Assembly (NCBI GenBank): GCA_958296165.1 | Contig: OY282447.1 | Span: forward strand, 3,601,154 to 3,633,153 | DNA length: 32,000 nucleotides | Direction: 5' to 3' | DNA from: an uncultured Pseudomonadales bacterium | GTDB taxonomy: Bacteria > Pseudomonadota > Gammaproteobacteria > Pseudomonadales > Azotimanducaceae | Shown here: piece by piece, positions 1 through 10,014 of the stretch | Numbering within the stretch: position 1 is the stretch's first letter | Layout of the letters: each line of letters opens with the position of its first letter | The notes under the pieces: model-generated | Databases searched by the model: none | Told to the model about the DNA's origin: nothing | What the model saw: the letters and a program-made list of their open reading frames with translations, nothing else | Translations under genes and position numbers: made by a program

Positions 1-1
1 C

Positions 2-988
2 ACTAAGACGTTCCTCGAATCGCTACAGCCCTACAACTCTACGGGCAAACTCAAGAACTTCCGGCAAGATGTGGCGGACGTAACGGCGCATCGCGTTGGC
101 TTCGATGCGCTGGCGACAATCCGTTCGGTGGCCGCCCTGTGCGCCGACCTTGGCCCGGTGGCGTCCTACCTTTCCACCGCCGAAGCGGGGCTGCCGGATG
201 GCGGCGAGTGGGCAGCGTGGACCGCGAAAGTACGAGCGGCTCGAGACGACATCCTCGCTCAGCTCGGCGATTCGCAGGCGCGGACGAAAGCCACATTTCG
301 GCAGCGCACTATGCGCCGTCTGGCCGAACTCAAAGCCGAGTATGTGCGCGACTATTTGGCGCGGCACACCAACGCGCGGCTGGGGGTGGACGGGGACAGG
401 CGCAAGGCAAAGCTCTTGGGCGATCAGCGCTTGACTGCTCTGAAGCGTCTGACGGCCATCGACTTGATGCCCCGGCAGCATCTTGAGAACAGTATGCGTC
501 GCATCGTTGACGTTGCGAGCTGTTTCGCGCTGACCGAGCAGGAAATGCGAGCAGCGCCACTATGCACCCACTGCGGCTTCAAGCCGGGCGCCACATCTGG
601 CGCGTCCGCGGACGCTGTATTGCATGCCTTCGACGACGAGTTGGACACCTTGACAGACACATGGACGCAAACGTTGCTGGCGAACTTGGAGGATTCAACC
701 GCCAAGGAAAGCGTGGAGTTGCTGGAACCGGAAGCCGCCAAGTTGGTGGCGGAGTTCACTCGTGCCGGCGAACTGCCGAATCAAGTACAAGACGATTTCG
801 TGCAGGCGTTGAAGGACGCCCTCTCTGGCTTGGAGAAGGTGCTGGTGACTGCCGATGCGCTCCGCGACGCGCTGCTCGCCGGCGGCACCGCCGCCACGCC
901 GGAAGAATTGAAGCTGCGGTTCGGGCGATTCGTAGACGATTTGGCGAAGGGTGCGCCACCTGGCCGGGCGCGGCTGGTGGTGGAGTGA
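2..988 (+). CDS. 3' part of a large protein in the BREX BrxC/PglY position (DUF6079-like); 5' end lies outside the window
   Basis: The frame is open from nt 2 ([20 protein letters not shown] precedes the GTG at 71 used by the ORF track). Contains a CTHCGFKPG Cys motif and a helical acidic tail; stop TGA 986-988. Sits directly upstream of the methyltransferase and PglZ genes. Family assignment is from memory of BREX-3 loci. Confidence 0.55.
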   Translation, partial: TKTFLESLQPYNSTGKLKNFRQDVADVTAHRVGFDALATIRSVAALCADLGPVASYLSTAEAGLPDGGEWAAWTAKVRAARDDILAQLGDSQARTKATFRQRTMRRLAELKAEYVRDYLARHTNARLGVDGDRRKAKLLGDQRLTALKRLTAIDLMPRQHLENSMRRIVDVASCFALTEQEMRAAPLCTHCGFKPGATSGASADAVLHAFDDELDTLTDTWTQTLLANLEDSTAKESVELLEPEAAKLVAEFTRAGELPNQVQDDFVQALKDALSGLEKVLVTADALRDALLAGGTAATPEELKLRFGRFVDDLAKGAPPGRARLVVE

Positions 989-992
989 CGGC

Positions 993-2996
993 GTGACACG
1001 GGAAGAACTGACGGCGCTGCTGAAGTCACACGAGTGGCGCGACGTGGAGTTCAAGGAAGCACAGAGGGCGGTGCCGAGCAGAGCTTACGAGACAGTGTCC
1101 GCGTTCGCCAACACCGAAGGCGGCCATCTCGTGTTCGGCGTTCGGCAGAACGGGCAAGACATCGAGATCGTTGGCGTTCTGGATGTAGATAAGGTGCAGA
1201 ACGAGTTCCTTAGTGCTTTGCGGCAGAAGGACAAGATCAGCCTAGTGATGGAGGTTGGGGAAGAACTGCATAACCTTCAGGGCGCGGACCTGCTCATTTT
1301 CCATGTGCCGGAAGTTCACCGTTCGGATAAGCCCGTCTATCTGAATCGCGACATTCGCCGCTCATTCGTTCGTAGCGGCGGCAGCAACGTGCGCTGCTCC
1401 GAGAGTGAGCGCAATCGGTTTCTGATGGACGCCGCCATCGAGCGCTATGACGGGCAGGCATTGGAACTCAATCTGCAAACGGCTTTCGATGCGGAGAGCA
1501 TCAAGTGGTATCGGGCCATGTATGAAGGCCAACCGGGGAATCGTTCCTACGCCTCACTCTCCGATGAGGACTTTCTTGAGCAGATGGGTCTGTTGGTGGA
1601 GTATGCCGGTGATCGGCTGCCCACTCGGGCGGCGATTCTCCTGTTTGGCACCAACCCAAAGTTCCGGCAATTGTTGTCGCGCCCCGTGGTGGACTGCCAA
1701 CGATACCGTTCCCGCAGAGAGATGGCTGATACCGGCGAGCGCTGGTTTGATCGTTTGGTGCTCGAGGAGAACCTGATCCGCACTTGGCGCGCCTTGATGG
1801 ACGATTGGTACAGCAAGGTCGCCGAGCACCCCTTCGGCGTGGATGCGGCGACACTACAACGCAATGACACGCCACCTGACAACCTCGCATACCGCGAAGC
1901 GACGGTAAACATGGTGGTGCATCAGGACTACGCCGAGCAGGGACGTAAAGCCGTGATTCGCCACTATCCCGATCAGACGGTGTTCTGGAATCCCGGCGAT
2001 GCGTTTGCTACGGACATTGATCTTCTGGAGCCCGGCGAGAAGGAGGTACGCAATCCAAAGCTTGCCTTGGCGTTTCGTCGCATCGGCCTCAGCGAGAACG
2101 CCGGCTGGGGCCTGCGAGACGTGTTTCGCAACTGGCAGCAGTTGGGGAACGTGCCGCCGAGCATAGCTAATGACAAGCAAAGCAAGAGCTTCGAGCTTGC
2201 CTTGGTGAAGGAGGAGCTGGTTTCCGAGCAGCAGCTTGCACGTCAAGCCAGCATGGGCTTGCGGCTGACGGATGCGCAAACCCGAGCCTTTGCTTTCGCG
2301 TGCCGCGAGCGAGAAGTGGGGCTTGTGCAGATCAAAGTGGTGACCGACTTGCCCCGGCCGGAAGCCGTAGCGGTGGCGACTGAACTTGTGGAGCAGGCGT
2401 TGCTTGAGGAGGCCCGCCCTGGCTACTACAGGCTCGCCGCCCACTTACGGGAACAGCTTGCAGCGACTGACCAAGTAGCACCGGCAATGCCTGACTTAGT
2501 CACTGATCCAACAGGCCGGCCTAAAGCGGACTTGGTCACTGACGGAGGTGACCAAGTGGACATCGGCAACATGTCCACTGCACAAGTAGCGCAGAGGCCG
2601 GACCTCATGTCCACTGAACATGTCCAGGCCGGCATAGACACTGACCAAGTAACACCAGCAAAACCGGACTTGACCACTGACCAAGTAAGCCGGCCTAAGA
2701 CCGACTTAGCCACTGACCAAGTTTTCGAGTTAAGTGACCAACAGCGCCGGATCATGGCTGCGTGCGACACGTCCAAGAGTTTAACTGAATTGATGGCCTT
2801 GACAGGCCTGAAGCACCGCTCGTTCTTCCGCAGCCGCCACCTGAAGCCCTTGTTGGCTGCCAACATCGTCCGCATGACCAATCCCAACCACCCCAACGCG
2901 GCCAACCAGCGCTACATTCTTACTGAGGCCGGGCTCAAGCTAAGGGCGATGCACTTGGAAACGAGGCCAGAAGAAGGACAGCATGGCCAAGGCTGA
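993..2996 (+). CDS. AlbA_2/Schlafen-like divergent-AAA protein with C-terminal winged-helix tail (putative regulator or sensor)
   Basis: N-terminus HEWRDVEFKEAQRAVPSRAYETVSAFANTEGGHLVFGV matches the AlbA_2 (PF04326) motif. C-terminus LTELMALTGLKHRSFFRSRHLKPLL..MTNPNHPNAANQRYILTEAGL is the wHTH tail typical of this family, preceded by degenerate TDQV linker repeats. The likely start is GTG 993 (GGAG at 982-985, just after the upstream stop) rather than ATG 951 of the ORF track. Confidence 0.75.
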   Translation: MTREELTALLKSHEWRDVEFKEAQRAVPSRAYETVSAFANTEGGHLVFGVRQNGQDIEIVGVLDVDKVQNEFLSALRQKDKISLVMEVGEELHNLQGADLLIFHVPEVHRSDKPVYLNRDIRRSFVRSGGSNVRCSESERNRFLMDAAIERYDGQALELNLQTAFDAESIKWYRAMYEGQPGNRSYASLSDEDFLEQMGLLVEYAGDRLPTRAAILLFGTNPKFRQLLSRPVVDCQRYRSRREMADTGERWFDRLVLEENLIRTWRALMDDWYSKVAEHPFGVDAATLQRNDTPPDNLAYREATVNMVVHQDYAEQGRKAVIRHYPDQTVFWNPGDAFATDIDLLEPGEKEVRNPKLALAFRRIGLSENAGWGLRDVFRNWQQLGNVPPSIANDKQSKSFELALVKEELVSEQQLARQASMGLRLTDAQTRAFAFACREREVGLVQIKVVTDLPRPEAVAVATELVEQALLEEARPGYYRLAAHLREQLAATDQVAPAMPDLVTDPTGRPKADLVTDGGDQVDIGNMSTAQVAQRPDLMSTEHVQAGIDTDQVTPAKPDLTTDQVSRPKTDLATDQVFELSDQQRRIMAACDTSKSLTELMALTGLKHRSFFRSRHLKPLLAANIVRMTNPNHPNAANQRYILTEAGLKLRAMHLETRPEEGQHGQG

Positions 2997-5760
2997 CCCG
3001 AACGCCGACTTGATGCCCAACACCGCCGAGACTGGTGATGCCGGACCCGTCGAATGTTTGGGCATGAAGTTCGAATCCGACGACGCCCGCCGAGACCACT
3101 TCCTCGCTCGCCTCAAGGAGCTGCTCCCAGAACTGCGGCAGCGCCACGACTTCCCCATCGGCGAGGACGAGGACATCCTGCGCCTCTCCGACCCACCGTA
3201 CTACACGGCCTGCCCCAACCCGTTTCTGGCCGAGTTCGTACAACACCACGGCAAGCCCTACGACCCCAACGAGCCGTACCACCGAGAACCCTTCGCCGTG
3301 GACGTGAGCGTGGGCAAGACCGACCCGCTCTACAAAGCGCACGGCTATCACACCAAGGTGCCCCACAAGGCCATCGTGCCTTCCATCCTGCACTACACCG
3401 AGCCGGGCGACATCGTGCTCGATGGCTTCTGCGGTTCCGGCATGACCGGCGTCGCCGCGCAATGGTGCGGCACCGCTCCGACAGCGTACCGCTTGGAGCT
3501 TGAGCAGCAATGGGCGAAGGAAGGGCGCGATCCGCCGAAGTGGGGAGCGCGTAGGGCGATCCTAGGCGACCTCTCGCCGGCTGCCACCTTCATCGCTGCC
3601 AACTACAACATCCCGTTCGACGTGGAGGCCTTCACGGAGGCTGCGCAGAAGCTTCTAGACGACGTAGAGGAAGAGATCGGCTGGATGTACGAGACGCTGC
3701 ATACCGATGGGAAGACGAAGGGGCGGATTAACTACACCGTGTGGAGCGAGGTATTTACGTGTCCGGAGTGTGCAGGCGAGATTGTTTTCTTCGACGAAGC
3801 CTTCAGCCGCACAGACAAGAAAATCTCGTCTACTATCACATGTCCGCTTTGTGACGCCATTTCTGTGAAGGAGAAACTAATTCTTCAAATCACATCTATC
3901 TACGATGAAGTAACAGCTAGCGTAGTCCAGATACCACGCCGCGTGCCGTCAATGGTCGACTACACCGTAAACAACGTTAAGCACCAAAAGAATCCAGATG
4001 TATATGATCTGGACATGCTGTCGAAAATAGGCAACTTGGACATCCCGGCAACCGTCCCTCGGTCAGCGTTGCCAGACTGCCAAATGACCAGAGTAGGTCG
4101 TATGCGGACAACTAGTACTTCCTTTGTACACCAGATGTTCCTGCCAAGGGCGGCACACGCAATGTCTGCGTTGTGGCGTGGAGCTCTGCGTGAGAGGAGT
4201 AGTCGTAGGAGAAACGCATTGCTCTTCTTTGTGGAACAGGGGATCGCTGGCATGTCTATCCTAAACCGGTACGGCCCGTCCCACTACTCACAGGTCAATC
4301 GGCAGCTATCTGGAGTGTACTACGTCAGCTCGTTGGTGTCGGAGTGTTCTCCGCGGTACAACTTAGGAGGCCGACTATCTCGGCTACCGAAAGCGTTTAT
4401 GTCAATGGACTCTGCCCAAAAAACATCCACCATCTCTACGATGGAGTGTGGACAACTGGCCGTCCCAGCGCATTCCATTGACTATATCTTTACAGATCCA
4501 CCATTCGGCGAGAACATCTATTATGCGGACCTAAACTACCTCGTCGAGTCGTGGCACAAGGTACATGGCCAAGCTGATTTGGAATCAATTGTCGACAGAG
4601 TCAGAGGGAAGGATATAGCCGCGTACAGTTCCTCAATGGAACTTGGCTTCCGCGAATACTGCCGCGTATTGAAGCCTGGAAGGTGGATGACCGTCGTCTT
4701 TCACAACTCAAGGAACGCAATCTGGAACGCAATTCAGGAGGCTGTTCTCAGGGCGGGATTCGTCGTCGCTGACGTCCGCATGCTGGATAAAGGGCAAGGG
4801 TCCTTTAAGCAAGTGACCAGCAACGCCGTCAAGCGCGATCTAGTTATCTCAGCCTACAAACCTAACGGCGGCCTAGAAGATCGATTCGGCTTGGCTGCCG
4901 GAACAACAGCCGGGGTCTGGGATTTCGTTCGGTCTCATCTGCTTCGACTACCAGTGATTGTTACGAAGGCTGGCGTCGTCGAGCCGGTCGCAGAGCGGCG
5001 AGATCATCTCCTGTTTGACCGCATGGTCGCATTCCACGTTCTACGAGGTGCCACAGTTCCGTTTTCTGCGGCTGAGTTCTACGAGAGCCTCGCCCAACGC
5101 TTCCCCGAACGCGACCGCATGTATTTCCTCCCCGAGCAAGTCGTAGAGTACGACCGCGGTCGCGCAGCCGCGGGCCAGGTGGTCCAGCTAGAACTCTTCG
5201 TCAAGGACGAGGAAAGCGCCATCCAGTGGCTCCGTCAACAGCTAGACGCCAAACCACAGACCTACCAAGACATCCACCCGCACTACATCAAGGAGCTCGC
5301 CGGCTGGGCCAAGCACGAAAAGATGCTGGAACTGGCGACTCTCCTAAGAGAAAACTTCCTCCACTACAACGGCCGGGGCGAAGTCCCGTCCCAGCTGCAC
5401 GCCTACCTCTCAACCAACTACAAGGACCTCCGCAAGCTCCCCAAGGACGCCCCAACCCTCCGCGCCAAGGCGAAGGACCGCTGGTACGTCCCAGACCCCC
5501 ACAAAGCCGGCGACCTAGAGAAGCTCCGCGAACGCACCCTCCTCCGCGAGTTCAAGGAATACCAAGACGCCGAACACCGCCGCCTCAAGCTCTTCCGCCT
5601 AGAAGCCATCCGCGCCGGCTTCCGCCGCGCGTGGCAAGCAAGCGACTACGCTACAATTGTCGAGGTTGCCGCCAGAATCCCCGACAACGTCCTGCAGGAA
5701 GACCCAAAGCTGCTGATGTGGTTTGATCAAGCACAAATGCGCACTGGGGGTCGGCCTTGA
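2983..5760 (+). CDS. pglXI: Site-specific DNA methyltransferase, PF01555-like (N6A/N4C class), PglXI-like by context
   Basis: 925-aa ORF with AAGGA 4 nt upstream of ATG 2983. AdoMet motif VLDGFCGSGMTGVAA and catalytic TDPPFGENIYY, with a Zn-ribbon CPECAGE...CPLCD between them. Basic tail RWYVPDPHKAGDLEKLRE. Lies between the BrxC-like and PglZ genes, as PglXI does in type 3 BREX. Confidence 0.8.
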   Translation: MAKADPNADLMPNTAETGDAGPVECLGMKFESDDARRDHFLARLKELLPELRQRHDFPIGEDEDILRLSDPPYYTACPNPFLAEFVQHHGKPYDPNEPYHREPFAVDVSVGKTDPLYKAHGYHTKVPHKAIVPSILHYTEPGDIVLDGFCGSGMTGVAAQWCGTAPTAYRLELEQQWAKEGRDPPKWGARRAILGDLSPAATFIAANYNIPFDVEAFTEAAQKLLDDVEEEIGWMYETLHTDGKTKGRINYTVWSEVFTCPECAGEIVFFDEAFSRTDKKISSTITCPLCDAISVKEKLILQITSIYDEVTASVVQIPRRVPSMVDYTVNNVKHQKNPDVYDLDMLSKIGNLDIPATVPRSALPDCQMTRVGRMRTTSTSFVHQMFLPRAAHAMSALWRGALRERSSRRRNALLFFVEQGIAGMSILNRYGPSHYSQVNRQLSGVYYVSSLVSECSPRYNLGGRLSRLPKAFMSMDSAQKTSTISTMECGQLAVPAHSIDYIFTDPPFGENIYYADLNYLVESWHKVHGQADLESIVDRVRGKDIAAYSSSMELGFREYCRVLKPGRWMTVVFHNSRNAIWNAIQEAVLRAGFVVADVRMLDKGQGSFKQVTSNAVKRDLVISAYKPNGGLEDRFGLAAGTTAGVWDFVRSHLLRLPVIVTKAGVVEPVAERRDHLLFDRMVAFHVLRGATVPFSAAEFYESLAQRFPERDRMYFLPEQVVEYDRGRAAAGQVVQLELFVKDEESAIQWLRQQLDAKPQTYQDIHPHYIKELAGWAKHEKMLELATLLRENFLHYNGRGEVPSQLHAYLSTNYKDLRKLPKDAPTLRAKAKDRWYVPDPHKAGDLEKLRERTLLREFKEYQDAEHRRLKLFRLEAIRAGFRRAWQASDYATIVEVAARIPDNVLQEDPKLLMWFDQAQMRTGGRP

Positions 5761-7106
5761 ATCGGAAGCACAAGCACATCGTCCGAGCGGGACCATACGA
5801 GGCCTCATTCCCACAAGAACCTGAGGTAGATGATCTCTGTGATCACATCGAGCCGTGGCTATCGGCACTGTTTCAAGCGGAACACCTGAATCTACTGGTA
5901 GGAACCGGGCTAACGACAGCGATTGCGGGCGTCGCCGGAGCAAAGGCCCCGGAGATGGCGCCAACCATTATCAAGGATGTGGAGTACGCAAGGTCCGTGA
6001 CCAAGGTCGCCGCAGAGAGCGCACGCCGACTAGGGCGAGGTGAACCCAACTTGGAGGACCAGCTAAGAGCAATTGGACAGCTAACTGAAGGCTTGAACGT
6101 ACTGGCAAGTGATCCCGAAGCGGATGAGGATCATACCTTCCGCCAGTTGTACGAAAAATGGAAAACCAAACAGGAGCATGTGCTGCGATCACTCCTAGCC
6201 AGCGTGCTTTCGACCGAGCGCGAGATCGATCAAGCGCTAGCAGAGGATGACGCCACAGGTAAAGCTGATCGGGTTAGGAGGTGTCTCGGTGGATTTCTGT
6301 TGCCGTTTGCTAGTCGCGTCGCTACGAGGGAGCGGCTGCATATCTTCACGACGAACTATGACCGATTAATAGAGTTCAGTTGTGATCTATTGGGGCTACG
6401 GACTATCGATAGGTTCGTTGGCAGTTTGTTTCCCGTCTTCCGTGCGACTCGATTGGACTTCGATATGCACTACAATCCCCCAGGAATTCGTGGTGAACCT
6501 CGGTACCTCGAGGGCGTAGTGAGACTCACCAAACTGCATGGCTCACTGGATTGGCGAGTGAGCGATGAACACTCTGGTTATACGGAAGTGTGGCGGTGTG
6601 GCCTTCCTTTCGGAGCGCCAGACGACCACCCAGTCGCTGAGAAGCCTCTCAACCGTGAACTACTCGTCTATCCGAATTCGGCGAAGGACGTCGAGACGTT
6701 AGAGTATCCATATGCTGAGCTCTTCCGCGATTTCGCCGCAGCAACTTGCCAGCCCAATACCGTAGTCGTTACCTACGGATATGGTTTTGGCGACGACCAC
6801 CTAAACCGCATCTTGCTTGATATGCTGAGCATTCCGTCTACCCATCTTGCGGTGATATCCTACGATGACGCTGACGGCCGCTTGTGGTCGTTTTGCGACC
6901 GTGCTGCACGCGATACTCAAATCACTCTGCTTGTTGGAGACCACTTCGGAGACCTTTCTACGCTAACAAATCACTACCTACCTAGGCCGGCAATCGACAG
7001 GACCACGTGGCGTATGGTGGATCTGCAAAATAGGCGCGGTAGAACGGCTCAAGATATGCCTAGTGCGGCCGAGAGCGGTGGCCCTACGGAAGAAGACTTC
7101 GAATGA
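5757..7106 (+). CDS. SIR2-like (SIR2_2/PF13289-type) protein, partner of HerA
   Basis: Motifs LNLLVGTGLTTAIAG, LHIFTTNYDRLIEF, LTKLHGSLDWRV and GYGFGDDHLNRIL match the defence-type SIR2_2 pattern. TTG 5757 is the only in-frame start before the first motif and overlaps the pglXI stop (TTGA). GGGGG lies at 5746-5750. Confidence 0.75.
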   Translation: MNRKHKHIVRAGPYEASFPQEPEVDDLCDHIEPWLSALFQAEHLNLLVGTGLTTAIAGVAGAKAPEMAPTIIKDVEYARSVTKVAAESARRLGRGEPNLEDQLRAIGQLTEGLNVLASDPEADEDHTFRQLYEKWKTKQEHVLRSLLASVLSTEREIDQALAEDDATGKADRVRRCLGGFLLPFASRVATRERLHIFTTNYDRLIEFSCDLLGLRTIDRFVGSLFPVFRATRLDFDMHYNPPGIRGEPRYLEGVVRLTKLHGSLDWRVSDEHSGYTEVWRCGLPFGAPDDHPVAEKPLNRELLVYPNSAKDVETLEYPYAELFRDFAAATCQPNTVVVTYGYGFGDDHLNRILLDMLSIPSTHLAVISYDDADGRLWSFCDRAARDTQITLLVGDHFGDLSTLTNHYLPRPAIDRTTWRMVDLQNRRGRTAQDMPSAAESGGPTEEDFE

Positions 7107-9204
7107 CCTCATTGATCGAGGCACTCGGTGGCCGGGCCATAGGGAGAGTTGACTATGTGTCCGCTGAACGAATCGTGGTACTTCTCGAGTCTGACGCGCC
7201 CCAAGCGGTCGCGCTCAACACTGGAACCCCAGTCGGATTCCCACGCATCAATACCTACGCACTAATTCGCAGTGAGAATGGCTATATCGCCTGTATCATT
7301 TCTTCCGTGCGCACGGCACGACTACCTTACGCTAAGAGGGGAGCCACACACCAGGACTTTGACATAGTCGATCTACCATTTCCGTCCCGGCTGATGGAAC
7401 TAGTGCCCATTGGCACCTTGAAATCTACGTCGATGGATGGAGATATCGCATTTCGAATTCAACGTGGTGTCGATACTTTCCCTTCGGTCGGAGATGCTGT
7501 CGTGCTTCCCAACGCCAATCAACGAAGGGCGCTGGTGGCTGGAGATGCCGGAAATCAAGGTGGACGTGTTCTTATTGGTCGCTGCCCGACGGCGGAGATG
7601 GCGCCCGTGTACGCGGATCCGGACAAGCTGTTTGGTCGACATCTCGCTATCCTAGGCAACACTGGATCTGGCAAATCGTGCTCGGTGGCAGGTCTTATAC
7701 GATGGTCCCTCGAAAGTGCTAGGCGTCATCGGGAGAAGAAACGTCGCGATCCAATGCCTAATGCCCGATTCATCGTACTTGACCCGAACGGAGAGTACAG
7801 TGCGACGTTCAAGGATCAGGAAGCCCGTATTTTTCGGGTGGAACCTGACGTGGGCGAAAGGCATCTGCAAGTGCCAGCATGGTTGTGGAATGGTGAAGAG
7901 TGGACGGCTTTTACGGGTGCCGCACCCGGGGTACAGCGTCCGGTCCTATTGCAAGCAATTAGGCGACTACGCAACACAGAAGGACCTCCAGATGCATTTG
8001 AGACGAAGGTCAGGGTACGAGTAAAGCAATATAGGGATCAGTTAGATGTGGCTATACAAAGCGGTGACCATCAGCGCCGAGGATACCGTGAGGGAGTCGC
8101 AGCAGTTCTTCTGAATATCAAGGCTGATTTTGAAGGTTTGAACGACGATAGGAGCTGTGGTGATGAGAGCCTCCGGGGGATTCTCTCCGACGTTTCTAAC
8201 TCTGCCGGTCGAATTGAGATGGACGCACGCCAGCAGTCAAATCCTGGGTATCATGATCCGTTCTCCCACATGGCTATAGAAGAGGTAATTCATTGCCTTG
8301 AAAAGGTTGGGGATGCTGTTGGAATAGCCGATAGACAGGGCCAGCTGAGTGAAGATACTCCCTACGAATTTATGGTGGAGCAGCTTCCAGCATACGTCGA
8401 AGCTCTCGCCGCCGCGCAGGCCGGCCGTGACATGGCGCCGTTTATCGACTCGATGAATCTTCGTATCAAGGGAATCTTGGCGGATGGTCGGCTCTCATCA
8501 ATACTTCGGCCTGCTACCTCGCCTCCCATTTCATTAGGTGGATGGTTGAAGGAGTATGTTGGTGGTGACCAGGCGGCGAATGGCCCGATAGCTGTGTTGG
8601 ATCTTTCACTCGTGCCGTCAGAGGTCATTCATGTGGTTGTGAGCGTCTTAGCAAGGATGATCTTTGAGGCAGCTCAGAGGTACCGCCGGAAGGAAGGCCA
8701 CAATCTGCCAACCACATTGGTTCTGGAAGAGGCGCACACATTTGTGCATCGTGACTTGTCCACCGAATCGGCGACTCCCGCAGGACGAGCTTGTGCGAGG
8801 ATTTTTGAGAAAATTGCGAGAGAGGGCGTAAATTCGGTCTCGGGTTAGTCTTGGCGTCACAAAGACCGTCAGAGATGGCACCTACAGTGCTCTCGCAGTG
8901 CAATACCTTTCTATTACACCGCTTGGTCAACGACCGTGACCAAGAGCTAGTTAGACGCCTTGTTCCTGATGGCTTGGCGTCTCTGTTACGTGAACTACCT
9001 AGCCTCCCAACCCGACGCGCAATGCTACTAGGTTGGGCGGCTCCGGCACCGACTCTTGTGGAGATTCGACGGGTCTCAGAGGAACATAGGCCCCGATCTC
9101 CAGACCCTGACTTTTGGGACGTCTGGACGGGAGAGAAGGAGCGTTCAATAGATTGGGTCAAAATCGCTCAAGAGTGGCAAGCGCCGAGAGAGCCGTGGTC
9201 GTGA
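7103..9204 (+). pseudogene. herA: HerA/DUF87-type ATPase split by a 1-nt frameshift near 8827 (ORFs 7103-8848 and 8851-9204)
   Basis: ATG 7103 overlaps the SIR2 stop (ATGA). Walker A is LAILGNTGSGKSCS and Walker B is TLVLEEAHTF. Frame 1 ends ...FEKIAREG-VNSVSG-stop. Frame 2, open from 8809, continues RKFGLGLVLASQRPSEMAPTVLSQCNTFLLHRLVNDRDQE, the canonical HerA continuation. Confidence 0.8.
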
Positions 9205-9325
9205 GTGAGGGGCGCGTGGGGATAGCAGAGATGGTTTCATCGATCTACGGTACTCGGACTAGCTGGTTTTAGAGAGCGTTTAGTTGACATGTTGATATCC
9301 CCCCGTGGGTGGTAGAGTCTTAGCG

Positions 9326-9643
9326 ATGCGTGCGGTAGAGGATGTGCAATTGAGCCGGTTTAAGAAGCCCTCGGTGGCGGTTCCAGACCGTGATGGTGAG
9401 AGCGACAACGAGGGCGTAGCAACAGCGTTGGCGAGGTCTGTGACAGACATTGATTCGGATTGGCGCGAGCGGATAGAACTCGCGAAACGCGCTTACGAAG
9501 ACGGCAAGGAGTTGCGCGAAGGCAAGCCAATCACCTTCCGAGTGGCCCGGCCCTTGATTCTCGGCGATGGATCGAACGCCTACGTCGGGAATGTCCCGCC
9601 TGCTGCGGCACTGCGAACGCCATGCCGGAAGTACCAGTCTTGA
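9326..9643 (+). CDS. Hypothetical small protein (uncertain)
   Basis: 105 aa from ATG 9326 (MRAVEDVQLSRFKK...RERIELAKRAYEDGKELREGKPITFRV). The composition looks protein-like, but there is no recognisable motif and it overlaps the tail of the opposite-strand fragment. Confidence 0.3.
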   Translation: MRAVEDVQLSRFKKPSVAVPDRDGESDNEGVATALARSVTDIDSDWRERIELAKRAYEDGKELREGKPITFRVARPLILGDGSNAYVGNVPPAAALRTPCRKYQS

Positions 9644-9687
9644 GCGTCCGCATAATGCTGTCGGCCTTGCAAGTCGTCGGCTGCCAT

Positions 9688-10014
9688 CTACTCGTCAAGG
9701 GCGCGATTGCACGCGATCGCCGCCGGGGCTGGGCAAGGATCGGGCCAAGGAAAGCGCTCCTCGTGCAGCAACGCCGCCCAGTTGGTCGCGAGCCAGTCCA
9801 AGAATGGCGCTAGATACCAGCCGACAAAGGGCTGTTGCTGTTCACCTAGCCTAGTCGCCGTGACGTTTACGCCTGCCACATGCATCGTCAACTGTCCCAT
9901 AGACCAGCCGTAGGCGGCTGGTCGCCGCTCGGGCGGCTCGCAATCATCAACCCAGCGAATGCCAATCTGCACGGTCGCAGGGTCACCGAAGCGCATCCAA
10001 TCGGGCATCGCCAC
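9688..10014 (-). CDS. Hypothetical protein, probably the decayed 5' part of a larger gene
   Basis: 108-aa ORF (MAMPDWMRFGDPATVQIGIRWVDD...GWYLAPFLDWLATNWAALLHEERFPWP). The reading continues plausibly past an in-frame TAG (9690-9688) as MAADDLQGRQHYADAQDWYFRHGVRSAAAGGTFPT, up to a second TAG at 9582-9580. Confidence 0.4.
   Translation of the reverse strand: MAMPDWMRFGDPATVQIGIRWVDDCEPPERRPAAYGWSMGQLTMHVAGVNVTATRLGEQQQPFVGWYLAPFLDWLATNWAALLHEERFPWPDPCPAPAAIACNRALDE

Noticed and set aside
2460-2730. Short repeats here and the 30-bp tandem array at 29661-29776, considered as CRISPR arrays
   Set aside because: There is no repeat-spacer architecture. One set is a degenerate coding-sequence duplication, and the other is a head-to-tail tandem repeat without spacers, in frame within a gene.
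3190-3204. N-terminal SDPPYY in the methyltransferase, considered as a second catalytic motif or second methylase domain
   Set aside because: It lies only about 75 aa before the single FCGSGMTG AdoMet motif and has no second AdoMet motif. I treated it as a family-specific N-terminal motif. The catalytic DPPF at about aa 505 is the one paired with motif I.
9284-9318. TTGACA at 9284-9289 considered as a -35 box for the small ORF at 9326
   Set aside because: The only -10-like hexamer (TAGAGT) is about 23 nt away and no properly spaced -10 exists. Not supportable.
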